64,000 nucleotides of DNA, from NCBI GenBank assembly GCA_963710375.1, contig CAVPZX010000002.1:704001-768000 (forward strand), given 5' to 3'. The stretch's first letter is position 1; the number at the start of each line of letters is the position of its first letter. This DNA is from Nitrospirota bacterium (GTDB taxonomy: Bacteria > Nitrospirota > Thermodesulfovibrionia > Thermodesulfovibrionales > Dissulfurispiraceae). Position numbers and translations under genes: made by a program. This document shows, one piece after another, positions 61,917-64,000 of the stretch. The notes below the pieces were generated by a model that was not told the origin of the DNA, did not search any database, and was given only the letters and a program-made list of their open reading frames with translations.

Positions 61917-63703
61917 TTAAAAGTACAGAACACTCTGCACTCCGAAGCGGTTTTCATGACGCCTGCCCTCGCTGTCAAGGCCTGCTGCGCTCAGCCCTGG
62001 ATTGGGTCCTATCGTTACGGCCCAGTACGCCCTGATAAAATAAATAGGTGTCAGGCTGAGATTGAGTCCCACCCCTGCCCCGCTGAGCCCGTAGCTGTTC
62101 TTAAGTGCAGGATTTCCACTGTTCCAGTTTGCCCATGTATTTTTGTGCAGTACTATCCATCCATAATCAAAAAACGTAAGAGCCTGAAGATGTCCCAGAG
62201 GCGTTGAGCCGGGAAAGTCCTTTCTGATCTCCATATTCGCCACCAGGCCATCGTCTCCCGGCGCCTCTCCTGAACCATAGGCCCGCACCCCGGTCGAACC
62301 CTCCCAGTATCGAGCTGCTCTGATGAATCTAGGTTTTTGCCAGAATACTGACCGTTCACCGCCCCGTACAGGCTGAAGCCGCTGCCTATATTCTGCTGCC
62401 TTGCCAAGTTATAATTGAATTTCCAGTAATCCCCTTCGGTTCTCAACGTCAGCTGGTCAACAGCCAGATTGTCCGGATTCCGGCCCAGTTCAAGATGCCC
62501 CCCACTCGCTGAAAGCCCAAACGTTGTGTATCCTCCACCTCCAAAAGTGTCTGATACATTCCCATTAAACCCCATGGTAATCACGTTTACTCGTTTATCG
62601 TCGATGACCGTGACGATTGTCGCATCAAGCAACTCCTTGTGATCGTACTTTATGGTGGCGTATAGATCATGTTCACGGCTCCTTATTATAGGGTACGTGG
62701 CATTTGCCGTCCACGTCCCTGCCGTACCGTGTGAGTTTAAAGCCGATTCTTCTTCGCCGATTTTGTATCCCAAGGAGGTATATGTCCCGCCTGCCTGCAG
62801 TCCGGAGTAACCTATCGGAACACGCCAACCCGCGCTCCACAACCACATTTTACCCTTGTTGATATTAAACAACGGTTCGCCGGCTTGGAGTCCACTGAGA
62901 GTTATCGTATCTCCATGACCGCTCATATCGTTAATGTTGAAGCTTCCGACAAACCGCTCCCGGCCTGTGTACCGTTCGCCATAATCGTCGAAGCCCACGC
63001 TCCCTGTTATGAGAGGGCCTTCCTTTACCTTAACCGCTATTTTTGTGGTTCCAGACGTGCTGCCTGCCGTGAGGTTTGTCGAAGCGGTTACTCCCGGCAA
63101 ATCATTTACCAGCAGTATGCCCCTTTCAAGTTTTCCCAACTCCAGGGGTGCTTCGGCTTTGACTGTATCACTCATTATGCCCTGCACAACGCTTTTTTTA
63201 AGCCGTTTGAGTTCTCCTTCAACTTCGACTACATTGCCGTTTTTTCCGACTTCCGCTTTACCGACGATCACGTTTATCCTTACTATGCCGTCTATTATTT
63301 CTTGCTGAGGAATGTAAGCCTTGGCTAGAAAATAGCCCTTCCCTCTCAAATACCCTGTGACTTTGGCTGCCGCTTCTTCCAGTTCTTCAAAGGTGACTTC
63401 GCGGTTTGTATAGACTTTCACTATCTGTTGCAGCTCGGATTCAGGCACCACAGGGAAGTCCATCCTGAAGGAGAATCCCTTAACATATAGCTTCACTTCT
63501 TTGGGATGCTTCATGGGAGGTTCCTGAGGGACGGGAATCGCTTCAGATGGTTTTGCGGGTGTTTTGGGAGGCAGTGCTTTTTCGAACTCCTGCAGAAGCC
63601 TTCCGGCATTTGGGGGCGACTGCCCCCATGCTGCCCCGCTGATAAGCAGCGCCGCAAATGACGTTGCTAAAAAGGTCCTAAGAACACTGCTCCAATGTGC
63701 TAT
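61917..63703 (-). CDS. ShlB/FhaC/HecB-family TpsB transporter, with an ATA start and a net +2 frameshift near 62300
   Basis: POTRA (YLRGKGYFLAKAYIPQQEI), NLDSSEQ, VRAY motif, C-terminal F; the frame is open upstream of 63514 through a signal peptide to ATA after AAGGAG. Confidence 0.88.
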
Positions 63704-63734
63704 AACTTGCTCCTTATATTTCCTTCCGTTTCAG

Positions 63735-63817
63735 TTACCGTTGCCACCGACGTTTCTATGAACCCGCTATCTCTCCCGTTGTGGTCCGAGGTATCCAGCG
63801 TGCCGCCCATATTCACA
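63735..63817 (-). pseudogene. Remnant fragment of a tpsA paralog
   Basis: Colinear with 60720-60802; encodes VNMGGTLDTSDHNGRDSGFIETSVATV versus VNVSGTLDASAPNGGDGGFIETSASTV. Confidence 0.7.
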
Positions 63818-64000
63818 TTATCACCTTATGAATATGCAAGCGTTATGCCAGATAAGACAATGTATGATCTTTTTGATTTATTGGAATTTCTGTTGAAATG
63901 TTACACAGCATGTAGATAGATTAATTCCAATATCCATAATTTTAATCAAACACCCGTCAAGGCATTGACGGTTTTCGTTGCAAGACAAGATCAGGAGTGA

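Overview
This 64-kb bacterial chromosome segment is inferred from gene content and order to come from an anaerobic Nitrospirota (Thermodesulfovibrionia-like) or deltaproteobacterium-like organism. The housekeeping backbone is yggS-proC-yggT-divIVA-hisS, a TatD/radical-SAM fusion, tRNA-Lys, ppx/ppk1, fur-feoB-ideR, nusB-ribH, rodA-mrdA-mreDCB, ftsY and accA-dnaE. The accessory blocks are: (1) a sigma-54 two-component system next to small secreted proteins; (2) a ptxABCD phosphite uptake/oxidation operon with a Pho-box-like promoter, whose repeat pattern recurs upstream of a DksA/TraR paralog; (3) an integrase-less 2.9-kb islet at tRNA-Lys bounded by a 44-bp att repeat, carrying a Fic gene and a toxin-antitoxin pair whose toxin has a nonsense codon; (4) a sigma-54-type operon of two 'FAEEGE'-motif proteins plus a TIGR02186-like protein, followed by a second tRNA remnant; (5) an overlapping dynamin-like GTPase + FRG gene pair, a candidate defence module; (6) several MITE-like inverted-repeat elements and short-repeat hairpins; (7) a candidate structured RNA; (8) a two-partner secretion locus with a ~2650-aa GLUG/YDG-repeat adhesin. 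Four genes are broken only by single-base insertions, which look more like read errors than pseudogenisation. Family names come from motif recognition by eye, not database searches.
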